Shown here piece by piece: positions 52,501-64,000 of a stretch of 64,000 nt of DNA. The stretch spans positions 32,001 to 96,000 of IMG/VR virus record IMGVR_UViG_3300028591_000009. One strand, given 5' to 3'. Source of the DNA: a virus (lineage: Duplodnaviria; Caudoviricetes). The notes under the pieces are model-generated. The model was not told the origin of the DNA and ran no database searches. It saw nothing but the letters and a program-made list of their open reading frames with translations. How positions within the stretch are numbered: the first letter of the stretch is position 1; every line of letters starts with the position of its first letter. The position numbers and the translations under genes were made by a program.

Positions 52501-55500
52501 AATGTCTTTCTGTAAACAGCACGCTTGCAGACTTCCGTGGTACTACTGCTGATAATAGTGGTCGTCAATTCGATAATGTTATACTTGGTTCAAATGAAGA
52601 TAATACAAGTATTGGTTGGGAAGAAGACTTTGAATTGGTATACCCAGAGAAAGAGGAAATTACCACATCTAAACAATTTGACGCCAATAAGTTTGTAGCT
52701 ACTGTACAACCATTTACGGAATGGTTGCGTTGGATCATTGGTACTTATCATAACCAAGCGCAGTTTGAAGCTACTGCAGCACAACACCTAGACCTTTATA
52801 AGATGGCTGCTTATTACATCTTTGTATTGAGATTTGGTCTTGTGGACTCATTGGAACGTAATGCTCAGATTAAGACGTACGATGGTAAACACTTCCATTA
52901 TGAGCCTTGGGATATGGATATCGCATTAGGTAACCGAAACACTGGCGGTATTGCATTTAATCCTCCTATCGACCGTAATACGATGATGGATGCTACTACA
53001 GGAGCTATTTCTGGTAGATCTGTTATTGATACAAACAATGACGATGTTCCCGATACTACAGTATCTAACTGGCTGTTCGATGCTCTTGAAGCATGGCCAT
53101 ATTGGATGAATACTATTGTTCCGAAGGTAGCTGATGCTATGTATAAGCAGGGTCTTACGTATACAAACGTAATTAACATGCTTGATGGACAGTATCAGGA
53201 TGCCTGGTGCGAAACAATCTATAATGAGACTGGTAACTTCAAATATGTTGTAAACCGTCAAAACGTAGATAGCAATGGCAATATTCTATCTGGATATGAT
53301 GATAGCTGGTTGTCATGGTTACAAGGAGCTCGTACAACTCACCGTCACTGGTGGTTGAAGACCTCTATGGACTACTACGATGCTAAGTGGGGTGTAGGCG
53401 AATTTATGGAGAAGAACATGTACATCGGTTGTGAAATGCACAATGTACAAGGATCTATAAACATTGTTCCTACTTCTTCTACATATTTCATGTTTGAACG
53501 TGAAGCAACTAAGTTTGGTCCATTTGCGGCAACTGTAGACGATCCTTTAGAGTTTGATGTATCTTCTATTAACTCTGGTGCGAAGGTTCCGTTTAAAATG
53601 TACGGCGCCAACTTTATCAAAGAGATTGATATTAGCGACGTAGCAAGCGGCCTTCAAGTATTTTCTATTGCCAACGCATTCTCATCTGAAGTAGGACCTG
53701 TGATAACCAAAGTAAATATTGGAGTTAAGGTTACTTAGCAAGATGCAAATACATATACAGGCCAAGAAAATAATAAAGAAATTTAGATTGCTGCCGGTAG
53801 TTCATTGAATGCTATAGAAGAATTAAATATTCGTGGACAACGTAGTTCAGGTCTACTCGGTACTGGTCGTATACAAGGTCTTGATTTTATAGCTAACACA
53901 AAGACTATTAAGAAGATCTATGCTATGGGTGCCGGTATGAATACACTCAATAGCTGTATAGGTACAGACTTTGATACTCTTGAACTTCCAGATACCATTT
54001 CTTCTATTACATTTAATAGTACTACTTGGGATCCAAATAAATTATCGTTCTGGCATACTACATCTGGTGGTTATGTAACTAGAACTTACACTGATTATAA
54101 AGTAGACGAACAAGGCGAGGTAGTTTATGAGAACGGTGAACCTGTAATGGAGGAGTACACTGTACAGGAAATGAATCCTGCTACATATACAAAGTATGAT
54201 CTCGACGATGCTCAAATAGGAGTATCTATTCCTAGAGGATTGTTAGCGGTTCGTATGACAGGTACTACTGGTAAAAATGCTTGTGCTAGACAGTTTGTTG
54301 TAGACTGGATCGCTTCTATTATCAAATGGGGTACCGAAGATTGGGATAACCAAGAAAACGGTGCAGATGAATACGCATCCCTCGATGAATATTTAACACA
54401 TCTATTCAATGAGAGAACTCTTTCTGTAGAGAATATATATTGGAACAATTCAGCAATTCCTGGTTTGAGTTATGAACAACTTACTTGGATTGCTAAATTT
54501 AATAATATAGATTATTCTCAACAATATACAACTCATCCAAACATAACTAATTTTTCTAGAGGTTATGTAGTACTTACAGATACTAATGCTCTTACTGGTA
54601 TTCAAACATCTTATTTGTCTACATGGTTTGGTGAAGGTGTATTTGTATTAAACAGTAGTGGTCTTGTAATCGATCAATAGTTAGAATATACAACCATATC
54701 TGTAGGTCCTGCCGCATATGTAGAAAATAACGAAATATATATAAAAGAAGGTACATCTGCAAGAATACAGGCGACGAAGTTTAATCTTAGACCATCATTA
54801 TCTTCTACAGAATTTTAGCTTTCTGCTCCAGATTCACAGCTATCTGCATCATCTTATAGAGGAACTAGTATTGTTTCTAATAGGATAGGCGTAGGAGATG
54901 AAGTTATTTATTATCTAAAAGCCGATCCATATGTTACTGGATAGGATTATGATGTTAGACTTGCAAGTGGTTCTGGTAGTGTTATTATCCATGTAAAAGC
55001 TTTAGATTATCCAGAACAAATATTCTTAAGCATACAAGGTAATAAAAAGTTAGATGATAGTGGTTCGAATACAGATTTCTACAAATATGATAAAGGCTTT
55101 GATACATTTGTATTAGGAAACTAGGCTGGTCCATTCTTAGTTGGTGTACAATTTAAAGAAGGCGATAGATGGGTGAATACTCCATCTAACGATACAATTA
55201 AACCTTCGTATGCTAAATTTAAAGTATATAAAAATGATGTACTTTGTTCTAGATTTGAGTACGGAATAAATTATACAGACTTTATACAAGCAGGACTAAC
55301 GACAACTACTTTTGTAGATCAAGCAGACACATCTCTATCTTACATTACTGGATATAAACCTACATCAGACATATACAAATATTTTATCCCACTGAATGTA
55401 GAAAGAACTGTTCAGCAAGAACCGTTAAAATATAGAGTTGATTGTGAGATTAAACTTGGTGGTATGATTACTACGCTTAGCGCCAACATTATACTAATTA

Positions 55501-56513
55501 AGGATTTTGTTGTTGCGCCAGAAGGAAATCCATTGTGGGGTCTTATAAATAACTCGTATGTTCAACAAAAAGGATCTAATTACACACGAGGCGGATTCTA
55601 TAGAAGTATTACTGATTTTATTGTAGGCGATATAAGTGTTGACGGATAGTATAATTTAAATGGTACTTGGACAACAGTAGGATCTAGTATACAAAACACA
55701 ATATCAAGCGGAAGTGGTACTGCTACTAGTATGTTTAAGTACTTACCTGGTATACACGGTATTAAACTTGATGGATCTACAATGGCTTCTACTGCAGAAG
55801 GTATAACCAATATCGATTTGTCTAACGTTCAAGATCTTGTTACGTTCTCTATATAGGATTGTACAAATCTTACTGGTACTATAGATCTATCTTCATTTGC
55901 TAACCTTGAAGAAGTTGATGCTAGCGGAACTACAGTTAATGTATTGATTCCTACACGATCAAAAATAACTAAATATGAATTAGGAGCTCCAACATCAATC
56001 AGCATTATTAATCCTACTGTATTATAGCCTAGTGGAGTTAAAGTAGATTCATGGGGTAATATTAATTCATTGGTATTAAAAAATATACCTGGCAATAATA
56101 CTTATGCAATGTTTGAGCAAATTATGCAAACATACATGTTTGGAGGAGGTCTTATTTGGGGTAAACGCATAAACATTGAAGGGGAAACAGGAGCTGACGC
56201 TTTTGTAGATGATACTAACGAGTGGTGTGTGTCGACATATATTGATATACAAGGTATTTCTTCAATATCAGTAAATGCACCTCATTATACAGGTATACTA
56301 TATTTAGATTCACATTATAAAAAAATTGAGAGAGAAAGATTCTTTGGTAGCGATGATAGTAATGTAGAAACCACAATTACACCTCCGCAAGGAACATATT
56401 ATATGATATGGGGAATTTTATCTAATACAAGCACGCCATCCGTATACTCCAAGAATGTATGTTTTAAAAATGCTAATACAGGACGCACTTTGTTTGAATA
56501 TAAGCCCTCTTAA
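49566..56513 (+). CDS. Giant (~2315 aa) TAG-recoded tail protein with LamG-like, CotH kinase-like and LRR-like regions
   Basis: Track ORFs 49566 to 56070 share one frame, split by TAG; HGQSTLNYP..YK, LQANYADSSGTHN, DSLERN, WDMDIALG motifs; ends TAA. Confidence 0.78.
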
Positions 56514-56541
56514 TTTATACAATAAAGATATTTAATTAGTC

Positions 56542-57441
56542 ATGACATCGTTAAGAATTGAATAGGGATCTGCTGTAGAAAACGTTTCAGAATCTCTTAT
56601 AAAGAAATTGTATGATATAGCTGTTGAAGTACCGCTGCCTGGTGCAGGAGAAGAAGATGCCGCATATCTTTCTGGTCACATAGCAGTAGAGTATACTTAT
56701 AAGTCATATGTTGATTATTTGGCAGGTACTATTGGAGAAGGTTCTTCTGGAGTTGTAACTACAATTAGACAAAACGCAGGTGGAAGATTTGGAGATTTAA
56801 GAATAGATGTAACACGTGGATATTGGATTTTGTTTGAAGATGAAGCTGTAGAAAATGTATTAAAAACAATGTTGCATAAGTCTGGATTAGTTAGTAGTGA
56901 TTTAGATACAATTACCTCATTAACTAGAAGCAGCGGATTTAAAAATAATACTTCCATCACTTCTTTAAACGATCTTTAGTATTTAACTTATTGTACTGTT
57001 ATAGATGAAGAAACGTTTTGGGGCGCAAGTAACTGTGTTACTATGAAACTTCCTCCTATGGTAAGAAGGATTGAAGATTTAAGAAATATGTCAAAAGTTG
57101 AAGGATTAAGAATTCCATCTACATGCACCGGAAATACAGATGGCAATTTGTTTATTAGAATGTTTGACAGCTTGAATCTTTTGGTTGTGGATGGCACTAT
57201 AGACGAACTTAACATGGATGAAGAAAGTGGAAGGTTTGCTGCTCCTACTAATATAGTAATAAACGGCCTTGTAAATAAAATTGTAGTACAAGGAAAAAAT
57301 TATACTACGTGGGGAGGAACAATTTGGGTAGATGATGTTGCTACATATAAAGCTAAAAGCGGTTTTTCTTCATACAAGAGTAATTTGAGTCCTATATCTA
57401 GTATGCCAGCTGCATTATAGAATGCTGTTGCACAATTATAA
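56542..57441 (+). CDS. TAG-recoded BspA/LRR_5-like tail protein (299 aa)
   Basis: ATG 56542; joins ORFs 56608 and 57043; FKNNTSITSLNDLQYLT..IDEETFWG. Confidence 0.65.
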
Positions 57442-57475
57442 TCAATAACACAACCTCAAGTGTCTAAAATGAGGA

Positions 57476-57517
57476 TGCGTAGAATGGTTAATCTTGGTTC
57501 GATTCCAAGCTGCGCAC
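57476..57517 (+). ncRNA. Mini tRNA-like element (acceptor stem plus T arm, 10-nt linker)
   Basis: TGCGTAG/CTGCGCA, AATGGTTAAT, CTTGG-TTCGATT-CCAAG. Confidence 0.65.
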
Positions 57518-57580
57518 AACGCATTAAGCGTTTTACTAATTAACTAACTTTTATTCACTAATTAAACTAAAATTAAAACT

Positions 57581-58474
57581 ATGGAAAGTTCTAAGATTAT
57601 GATGTTCCCTGAGATGGGAAGTAATAGTATTGATCCAAACCTGCTGATGGCTTTGAATAACAACGGTGGTTTTGGTGGTAATAACTGGATTTGGATTTTG
57701 TTCCTTTGGCTGATTTGGGGCTGGGGAGGCAATGGTAACTGGGGCGGAAACGGTTCTAATGGTTTCCTGTCTAACCAGATTGCTAATGACTCAGGTCGTG
57801 AGTTGCTGATGAACGCTATCCAAGGTAACGGTAACGCTATTCGTGATATAGCTACTATGTTGAACACTGAAGTTCAGACTGTTCAAAATGGTATATTCAC
57901 GCTGAACAACGCTATTACTTCTGTAGGTACTCAGGTGGGCATGAGTGGTTTGCAAATCTAGAACGCTATCCAGAGTGGTAATGCATCAATTGCAAGTCAG
58001 ATATGTCAGTGCTGCTGCGAGAACCGTTTGGCTATCGCTAATCAGACTAACACCTTGCAGTCACAGATGGCTGCTGCTCAAGCTGCCGATCAACTCGCAG
58101 TTTGTCAGTAGACCAACACGCTTAGCACATAGGCTGAGCGCAATACTCGTGACATTGTTGATGCTATTCAGAATCAGTCTGTTATGATCAACGATAAGTT
58201 CTGTGATCTCGAGAAGAGAGAGCTGCAGGACAAGATCAACTCATTGACTGCTGATAACGCTCTGTTACGTTCAAATGCAAACAACTCTGCACAGACCGCA
58301 TTTATTAACGAGAAGTTCAATATTGTAAATGCTGAACTCGCTGCTATTAAGGCATCGCAGCCTAATACAATCCCTGTTCAGTGGCCAAATGTTGTAGCTG
58401 TAAATACTACTCCTTACGGAGGTCCGTTTGTTGGTTATAACAACGGTTGGGGTTCTAATAGCTTCTGGAATTGA
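57581..58474 (+). CDS. TAG-recoded Gly/Trp-TM coiled-coil protein (297 aa, CCCE motif)
   Basis: ORFs 57581 and 58184 in frame via three TAG; WIWILFLWLIWGWGG; CQCCCENR. Confidence 0.8.
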
Positions 58475-58490
58475 TTGAAAGGAGGTACTT

Positions 58491-58850
58491 ATGTTTGGTA
58501 CTACTAATTATCCATTCAATTTCTCTAATAGAAGAGGAATTCCTATGTTGGAGACTACATCTGTTACAGTGACAGATACTAATGTAGTACTTAATCTTCC
58601 GAATAGAGCGTTCAGATGGTTAAACGATAAAGGCGTAATCCTCCTTCGTTTGAATCAGCCTATTCCAGAAGGTACTACTGCAACACTACCGGTGTTATTC
58701 TCCTCAAATGATTTTACACAACCGCTGACGAATATTGGTGGCACTGCAATTACTGTTGCTTAGATAACTGGCACAGGAGTATACCTTATATATTATGATA
58801 AGGATGCTAATTTAATGCAGATGATGACCACTGCTATTCCTGCAGCATAA
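58491..58850 (+). CDS. TAG-recoded hypothetical protein (119 aa) ending -PAA
   Basis: One TAG; TAA at 58848-58850. Confidence 0.7.
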
Positions 58851-58876
58851 TTACTAATATTTAACTTTATTGAATT

Positions 58877-59179
58877 ATGATAGTTATTGAAATGCGCGAA
58901 GCTGCACAAGAGAAAGCTCTCGAACTCGTAGATGAATTGCACGAGTTGGGTCATGAAAAGAAAATGATCTTATGTGAGCTTGAAGATACATTATATGATT
59001 GTTTTGAAAGCTCAGACAAAGAGCATAAAGAAGAGGAGTCCGAAGAAGGAACAGACCTCGGCTTTAAGCGTCACTACGCTATGCGTAACTTTAACGATGA
59101 AGATAAAGATACAGAAAAGTATCATAGTTATCGTGGAAGAATGCGTATGCGTAGAAACAGAATGGGTAGATATGTATAA
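58877..59179 (+). CDS. Hypothetical protein with Arg/Met-rich tail
   Basis: 100 aa ORF. Confidence 0.65.
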   Translation: MIVIEMREAAQEKALELVDELHELGHEKKMILCELEDTLYDCFESSDKEHKEEESEEGTDLGFKRHYAMRNFNDEDKDTEKYHSYRGRMRMRRNRMGRYV

Positions 59180-59233
59180 TTTGTACACCTGGGGGTTACG
59201 GCCCCCGGGTATGTACAATAAATTATTAACAAT

Positions 59234-59725
59234 ATGTTTTCAGGATTAAGACAGGGTACAGCTCTTTATGTATTAGATAAGAGCAAAGAACCTAAAGTTA
59301 TTACGGGCTATGTGGAACGTGTAAGTGTACCACACCCTATGTATCCTAACTACAACCCATCTGTGAGCTTTGGAGCAAACCTTCAAACAGTTGTAGATGT
59401 AACGGTTAAGTTGGGCGATGAAAGAAAAGAATTTGTTGGAGTACCGAGTACTGCTACAGTTCATTCTTATGGAGATTATATACTCAGTGAGTCTAAGGAT
59501 AGCATGATTTAGGAAGTTACAACAATGCTAGAAAACAGTAAAAGTATAGTAGCTAATGTTGAACAACATAAATCAAACATATCAGCTTGTGAGAAGATAC
59601 TTAAGGAGCTGAATCCAGTATACGCTAAAGAACAAGAAAGAGATGAGGCTATTGACAACATCTCTGGACGTATGGATCGTATAGAGGATATACTTGCTAG
59701 ACTTGAGAACAAGTTGGGTATGTAA
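59234..59725 (+). CDS. TAG-recoded hypothetical protein (163 aa)
   Basis: ORFs 59234 and 59525 in frame via TAG 59510-59512. Confidence 0.75.
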
Positions 59726-59726
59726 T

Positions 59727-60122
59727 ATGATCGCACAATATATACAGTTAGGAAATAAAGGCTGGAATGTGTTAGTATATTACGGTGTACACGAAGAAGA
59801 CTTTATAGAAGTACAAGACGCCCTTAAACAACTAGGGTGTTCACACAGAGATGTACGTAGATCTTTAAAAGTATTAACTAAAGAGAATACTGGATTTACT
59901 TTTAGTAACTCTGAATACAAGATGAGTATAATCTGTATAGGTCCTTCGTCAGATATAAGTCAATTTGTAAACACAGCAATACATGAAGCTAAACACGTTC
60001 AGTCTCACATATGTTCATACTATGATATCCCAGAGAACAGCGAGGATGCCGCATATCTAATTGGGTATCTAGTACAGAGAATGTATAAAATGTTCTCTAA
60101 GATTATAAAATAGTATGTTTGA
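59727..60122 (+). CDS. HExxH zincin-like protein
   Basis: NTAIHEAKH..SEDAAYLIGY; TAG at 60111-60113 reads through to TGA 60120-60122. Confidence 0.65.
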
Positions 60123-60633
60123 TATAAAAGGTGATAAAATTTCTCTCAATACTGAGGATTTGGCTATACCTCCTTTTAAGGAGCATTATAATAAAGCAAA
60201 AGACAAGTCCTCAGCATTGAAGGAGATAGAATATGTAATATGGCTACACAAATGGAATACTCCATATGAAGCATACCCGTTAGAGACACGGGCATAGACA
60301 GTAGCCAAAGATATATTTGGAGACGAAAAATATATACCCACTGAAGATGTGAAGGAGCTAGCTAAGCGGTTCTTAGAGTTTCAAGAAACACCAGGAACTA
60401 GGCTACTATCAGCTTCACAAACTGCAGCAGAAGGACTTATTGCTGCTTTGAATGATTATTCACAAGGTAGCATGGATATTGATACAGCCATTAAGGTTAC
60501 GCGTATATTAAAGGATGTAGGCAACATTGTTAAGTCATTAGATATAGCAATGAAACAAGCTAAGGCAGAACAAGTAGATGCAGGTAGAGTTAAAGGTGGT
60601 GGTATAATTGGAAGATACGAAATACCTAGGTAA
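60115..60633 (+). CDS. TAG-recoded helical protein (172 aa), possible terminase small subunit
   Basis: ORFs 60115 and 60349 in frame; helical with RVKGGG tail; near TerL; function is inference. Confidence 0.55.
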
Positions 60634-60648
60634 TTAAATATTTAAAAC

Positions 60649-63444
60649 ATGATAAATACTATATTTTATTTTACAGACTCACTTCCTTATGAGACCTATC
60701 AAACAAAGATTGATAAGGATAGTGATGATGGTATAGCTTCTAAAACCATTGTGTTTGCCAAACAGCAAGGTAAGATATACAACAATGGTTTTTCATATGG
60801 TATCACTCAATCTGAAATACAACAACTTATAAATGCTAGTGTTGCTACAAGTCAAGGTAAACTTGAAAACGATGACGCTGTAATAAGAGAGGCTCTTACA
60901 ACTTTGTCTGGTGATTTAAGTGGTGCTAAAGGAAGAATTAGTACTGCAGAACAAGCAATAACGACACTGCAAAACACTCTATCTACAACACAAGGTAATC
61001 TTTCAAACTATGTTACTTTAGATACTGATCAAGAATTGACAGGAGAAAAGTTGTTTAGAGGAGCAAACTAGTTTACATTTAACAATTTGTCTAAAGACGG
61101 AGTTCTTGTACAAAGTGGAACAAATAGTGTAAATGTAAAATAGTCTAGAATAACATCCCAGCAGATTACTACTCCAAAGATTGTTGTAACTGGGCAGCCA
61201 TCAGATAATGTACTTCTTGCAGGTGGTTCTTCTTTAAGTCTTTCAGAACAAGGTTACGCTAGTGGAAGTGCTGTTCAAGATGGATTTGAGGATGTTTATG
61301 AGTAGCTCGACGATAAGCTTTCTTTATCTACTGGTGGTACTGTAGATGGCGATATTACAGCGGATAGTTTTATAAAGACTGGTTCATCTAATAACTACGT
61401 ATTACTAGGTGGTGGTGGTCATAAACTACTTAGCGAAATTACTCCAGCTAGTCCTGGTACTACAGTGGTACACGAAGATTATGATGATACAGAACTTAGA
61501 GGTCTTATCGCAAATCTAGATAATGCTATAGATAGTGTAAGTGCAACTGCAGATGATACAGCGGGAGACCTTTCAGATTTACTTACGAATTTAGACAACA
61601 GTATTAAAACAAAAGTAGAAAGCTTGCTTGACGATGCTGCGTGGGTTCAAAACAATTTTCCAGCAGGTACAACAGGAAGCGCTTCTAATTTTGGGCAATC
61701 TGATGTAGAATCTTATTTGCAAACTATTGGCGTTTGGGAATAGAATGAAGCTCACACTGCGTCTACCACAAAATGGTCTGAACTAAGCCAATCTGTAGAT
61801 GGAATTGCATCTAGAGTTACTTAGCTAGAAGGGGCTACTGCTACTGGTGGAAATGTAAACTACTCATTACTTTCTTCTAGTTTGTACGCATACATTCACG
61901 ATCATTATGCAGATTCCGGTGTAGAATCAACGTGGGGTAAATTCGGACAGCTTACTACTGGGGATATCTAGATGATACAGTGGATGTCTTCTGGTATGAA
62001 TGCCCAAGCTAGTGATTCTACTTCTGTGGCTAATCTGTTTGCAGCTGCTAAGGATTATCAGACAAATTAGTCTGCGATAGCCGATGCTAAAGCTCTTGTA
62101 ACTAGAGACGGTAATGATAATCTTACTGCTACTTCTTACATGACCGCTATGGTAGATCAGGCTATTGGTGGCATTAGATCAGATGTTGGTGGTAACTATG
62201 CGAGCACTACTGTATTTAATAAGATTGATGATGACGAAGACATTTTATCAGCACTTGTGACCAAAGTAACTGGGGATGGTTCGTCGGTATCGAGTAGTGC
62301 GGATATATTGGCGAAGGTAAATAATATGAGTGCCGGTGTTGTCACAACTGCTACGCTAGATAATGCTACAGCTAGTCTTATTACAAATAATGCATCTAGT
62401 GGATTAAAAACAGCAGTAATGGGTAAAATAGACACTGCCATAAATACTGCAAAACTAGATCTTGTTGCCGCAAATGATTATAATGCCGCATCTATTGTCG
62501 CTATGGTAAATGCATCTAACGATTCTAGCATTAAACTTAGCGCAGATAAAATTACTCTTGACGGTCAAACAGTAGCAAGCAGCATTAGAGCTAATGACAT
62601 TACACTTACTGGTCAAGTACAGGCAGATAATTTTTAGGCCGGAAGTGGGTCTGGCGTTAATATTAAAACTACAGGAAGTACAATTTCATTCTGTGACGGA
62701 GCTACAGAAAAAGCTAGATTTGTACTTGAAGGAAGCGGATTGTAGTTATATATAATGGATGAAAATGGAAACTGGAGAAAGATTAATTGGTCAAATTGGA
62801 CTGATGTAAATGCTACATCGTATACTCCAGTAACGGTATATAAGATTGTAAATGGCTCGTTTGATCAAAGCGTTGTTTATTTTTAGAACGGAACTTGGTA
62901 TACAGCTCCAAACACATCGTCTGGAACTCCAAGCGGTACTTTTTATATAAAAGTAAACCCTGCTTATTTAGAATCAGATTCTAGCGTATATTTTGATTAC
63001 AGCACTCCTGTAATATACGCTCCGGTTCCATTAACAGTTTACGTAGACGGTTCAATTGATTCTACCGAAACGATTGCAATGCCTATATATGAATATGATA
63101 TAGATGTTTATATAGAAGTTACGTTGAGTAATAGCGGTGTTGTAGAGACAAATAATAAAATTTATACGACTTCTAATTTCCCAGAACACGCATCTATCGA
63201 AAGAGACGGATATGGTGCAATACACAGTTCTCGCGTATATTATGGATCTACATTAAAATATATAATTCCTTCAAACGTAAGTACTAGCTCTATAGGATGG
63301 AAATATATAAATAATGATATGAAAACTGTAAATGGTACAACGGTTACAGTAACTGATAGCAGTCTTGTTGAAGCTGAATCTAATATAAATGGTGCAAATG
63401 TAGTTCAAACATAGAAGTATACATTTGAAGATTACGACGCATAA
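60649..63444 (+). CDS. TAG-recoded tail fibre-like protein (~931 aa)
   Basis: ORFs 60649, 61465, 62140, 63079 in frame; YVTLDTDQELTGEK, FIKTGSSNNYVLLGGGG, IKLSADKITLDG fibre-type motifs. Confidence 0.72.
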
Positions 63445-63473
63445 TACTGAACCGTCTCTATAATATATAACAT

Positions 63474-64000
63474 ATGGTAGACTTTAATAAGAAAATATAC
63501 AATTCTAATAAATTCAGATAGAGTGCTCTGTTCTTCTAGGAACATGGAGCCTATACACTTGCACCCAGAGGAACTACAGATTATAATACGTTCTGGGATA
63601 GGGAGACTGATAGATGTCTCAACGGCTATGTTGCTGAGGATGGAGATTCTATTACAGGCTACCATTATTTTTACTTAAATTATTGTCCTATTATGAAACT
63701 TGAGGAAGTTGAATATACAGACAGATACGGAAATAAACGTAAACGTAGAGAGCGTATATTCGGCTTCCCAAGATTCTGGGACAGTGATTATTATTACTTC
63801 AATGCAATAGAAGAAGCTGAAAATGAAGGAAAGCATATGGCGGTTCTTAAGTGTAGACAAAGAGGCTACTCGTTCAAAGGCGCCAGTATGCTAGTCAGAA
63901 ACTACGAGCTCATCCCAGGAAGTAAAAACTTCGCTGTCGCAAGTGAACAAAAATTCCTTGTTGGAGATGGTATTCTCACCAAAGCTTGGCAAATCATGGA
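63474..64000 (+). CDS. terL: Terminase large subunit, N-terminal part (TAG-recoded, runs off the window)
   Basis: Read by hand: ITGYHYFYLNY, FPRFWDSD, Walker A region LKCRQRGYSFK; two TAG near the N-terminus. Confidence 0.88.

Noticed and set aside
46490-63444. Fragmented + strand ORFs as pseudogenes or frameshifts
   Set aside because: Fragments stay in frame, the breaks I read are TAG, and a CUA tRNA is present

Overview
This 64-kb window is part of a Crassvirales (crAss-like) Bacteroidota phage genome that uses two genetic codes. The late/virion blocks (+ strand 1-10106 and 43698-64000, - strand 40510-43529) are broken only by in-frame TAG codons. Reading TAG as Gln rejoins them into giant virion proteins, tail proteins and a terminase. 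The early/replication block (- strand 10180-40000) carries PolB, DnaB, primase, SSB, a Sak4-like ATPase, nucleases and an ECF sigma factor; it has no internal TAG and still uses TAG as stop. A CUA-anticodon suppressor tRNA sits in the late operon, downstream of a divergent pair of ECF-type promoters. The most unusual signal is a dense RNA layer. It includes a compact, circularly permuted (two-piece) tmRNA with tag (A)GNYNIADYTGLQEAA, and at least seven tRNA-like elements that keep the acceptor stem and T arm but lose or distort the D and anticodon arms. Six phage proteins also end in an ssrA-like -AA, two block-specific motifs sit at start codons, and about 4 kb of hairpin-rich sequence has no convincing ORF. 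All calls are by eye; no database searches were run.
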